The notes under the pieces: generated by a model
Seen by the model: the letters and a program-made list of their open reading frames with translations, nothing else
Database searches by the model: none
What the model was told of the DNA's origin: nothing
Assembly: GCA_965644315.1 (NCBI GenBank)
Contig: CBFFRQ010000043.1
Coordinates: 124,001-188,000, forward strand
Reading direction: 5' to 3'
Length of the DNA: 64,000 nt
Source of the DNA: Caecitellus pseudoparvulus
Taxonomy: Eukaryota > Protista > Bigyra: Bicosoecida
Made by a program: the position numbers and the translations under genes
Part shown: in pieces, positions 62,004 to 64,000 of the stretch
Layout: the number at the start of each line of letters is the position of its first letter
How positions within the stretch are numbered: the first letter of the stretch is position 1

Positions 62004-63305
62004 CTATGGCCTGGCACCTCTGAGCACGGGGAACGGCACCGTCAGCAGGAAGAAGAGGACTGAACCAACACATGACCCAGCTTGGATGCCAGCGCCGCCC
62101 CATCGGAAGGTCTGGTGGTCGCTTGCCCCCTCCTGCGACGCGGGAACTTCCTGGCGAGTGCCCTCCGCACCACACACTGCCTCAGCGCTGGCCAACTCCA
62201 CAGCAGGTGTGGCGGCATGTCGCATGCCCTCCTCCACCGGGCCATGGTGCTGTAGGAACAGGGATGTCTTGGTGTATGCAAGCAGTGCCTTGAGCACCGT
62301 GACGAGGGTGCCGCCCAGCACCGGCGGAGTGCTGGCGCCGTGCCCTGCTGCCGCCACCACCATCCACAACGCACAACCAGCAAGGGCGGCACTGAGGGCG
62401 GCCCAGGGCCAGGGCGTGTGGTGTGGTGGTGGCGCCACCAGGGCCAGCAGGGTGGCGCAAGAGGCCGCCGCGGCTGACGCCTTCACGCTCCACGCCACCA
62501 GGCTGGCTGACGAGGCGTGGCCTGACAGGGCCAGGGGCAGCAGTGTGACGTGCACGCCGTTCTCCAACACAGCCAGAACAGCCTGCTGCAGGAACAGCCT
62601 GGGTCCTGCGCCGCCCAGTGCATGCTTGCCGTGGTGGCGGGGTGGGGGGGGTGTTGTCGGCAGCAAGGGTTCGTCTCGCCCCGGCACGGGGCGTGGCGGG
62701 TGGCACCAGGCGATGGCAGCATAGGCGGCGACGGAGGCCAGGGATATGCCAGTCAGGGCCAGGAAGAAGTCCCGCACAGGAAACGTGGTGGGCCCACCCT
62801 GCCCGGCCGGTTGCTGGGCGGCGGCCAGGGCGGAGGCCAGCAGCCCCGTGGCCGCCTCGCCCACCATGAGGGCGGTGGTGTCCGGTGCTGAGTACCGCTG
62901 CAGGATGGGGTAGAACAGCACGGAGGTCATGCAGTCCACGCCGCCGCCCAGGAAGGCGCCCAGCAGCAGCAGGACGCTGGCGGGGCCGTGCAGGCCACGT
63001 ACCGTGACGCGCCAGCCCCACGCCAGCACGGCACACGCGGCGGTGCCCACCACGCCGACCACTGCGAACACCATGTAGTGCTCCACGCGGGCCCGCGTCG
63101 CGGGTGGAAGGGTCCGCGTGGCGGCGATGTAGGCCACGGGGAAGACGTTGGCCGCAGCCACCACCACTGCCATGTAGCTGAAAATGGCGTAGCCTTCAGG
63201 CGCCTCACTGGCGATGAGGGGCAGCTCCTGGTACACGCCGTTGATGGTGATCCAGGAACCCAGCCCCATGACCAGGAACAGCAGCGCCCTGCGCCACGGG
63301 AGCAT
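62004..63305 (-). CDS. SLC52-family riboflavin transporter
   Basis: GLGSWITINGVYQELPLIASEAPEGYAIFSY...AN..P, DCMTSVLFYP, VGEAATGLL..ALAAAQ, GAGIQAGSCVGS. Start 63305 or 63380. Confidence 0.88.
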   Translation of the reverse strand: MLPWRRALLFLVMGLGSWITINGVYQELPLIASEAPEGYAIFSYMAVVVAAANVFPVAYIAATRTLPPATRARVEHYMVFAVVGVVGTAACAVLAWGWRVTVRGLHGPASVLLLLGAFLGGGVDCMTSVLFYPILQRYSAPDTTALMVGEAATGLLASALAAAQQPAGQGGPTTFPVRDFFLALTGISLASVAAYAAIAWCHPPRPVPGRDEPLLPTTPPPPRHHGKHALGGAGPRLFLQQAVLAVLENGVHVTLLPLALSGHASSASLVAWSVKASAAAASCATLLALVAPPPHHTPWPWAALSAALAGCALWMVVAAAGHGASTPPVLGGTLVTVLKALLAYTKTSLFLQHHGPVEEGMRHAATPAVELASAEAVCGAEGTRQEVPASQEGASDHQTFRWGGAGIQAGSCVGSVLFFLLTVPFPVLRGARP

Positions 63306-63528
63306 GGTGTGCGCGGCACAGGGCTCACATGGCGTGCTTGCGGAAATCGAAACCCTGCCGGAGCTCGCCTCCTGCCGCATGGTGGCCCCACGTCACATGC
63401 ACGGTGGGCAAAGCGTACACATGCATTGGACCTAGTGTGACGCCTCCGCGATCGCCATGGTGCGCACTGTGCGTGGCACAAGCGCGGTGACGGATTTGCC
63501 GAGGCGTTGTCTTTGCCTGCTCGCCACG

Positions 63529-64000
<472 letters not shown>

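Overview
Compact, GC-rich eukaryotic DNA with short (about 60-130 nt) GT-AG introns, most likely from a protist (a heterotrophic stramenopile is my inference, not proven). About 16 protein genes and one tRNA-Gly(GCC): a SET-domain gene that runs off the left edge and is missing from the ORF track, ECM29, an ADCK1-type ABC1 kinase, a KH protein, a TmcB/C-like PAS membrane protein, a VRK/CK1-group kinase, two tandem RS-rich 2-TM paralogues, a possible divergent PIG-Q, presenilin, an FN3 type-I membrane protein, an SLC52 transporter, the 3' end of a GH47 mannosidase and two unknowns. The dominant feature is a pair of giant (about 4,200-4,300 aa) convergent surface-receptor genes. Each has 14 C-type lectin domains, a Thr/Ser stalk, sushi/FN3/Cys-rich modules and an approximately 9-TM anchor. 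Their 3' halves form a 6,557-bp near-identical inverted repeat with no net indel that ends exactly at the stop codons, while their colinear lectin heads are deeply diverged. This looks like a variable-head/constant-body receptor system homogenised between palindrome arms. Other oddities: GLFG nucleoporin-type repeats inside ECM29, a possible nuclear-envelope mini-cluster, overlapping convergent stop codons, and an A1-U72 tRNA-Gly. All family assignments come from manual motif recognition, not from database searches.
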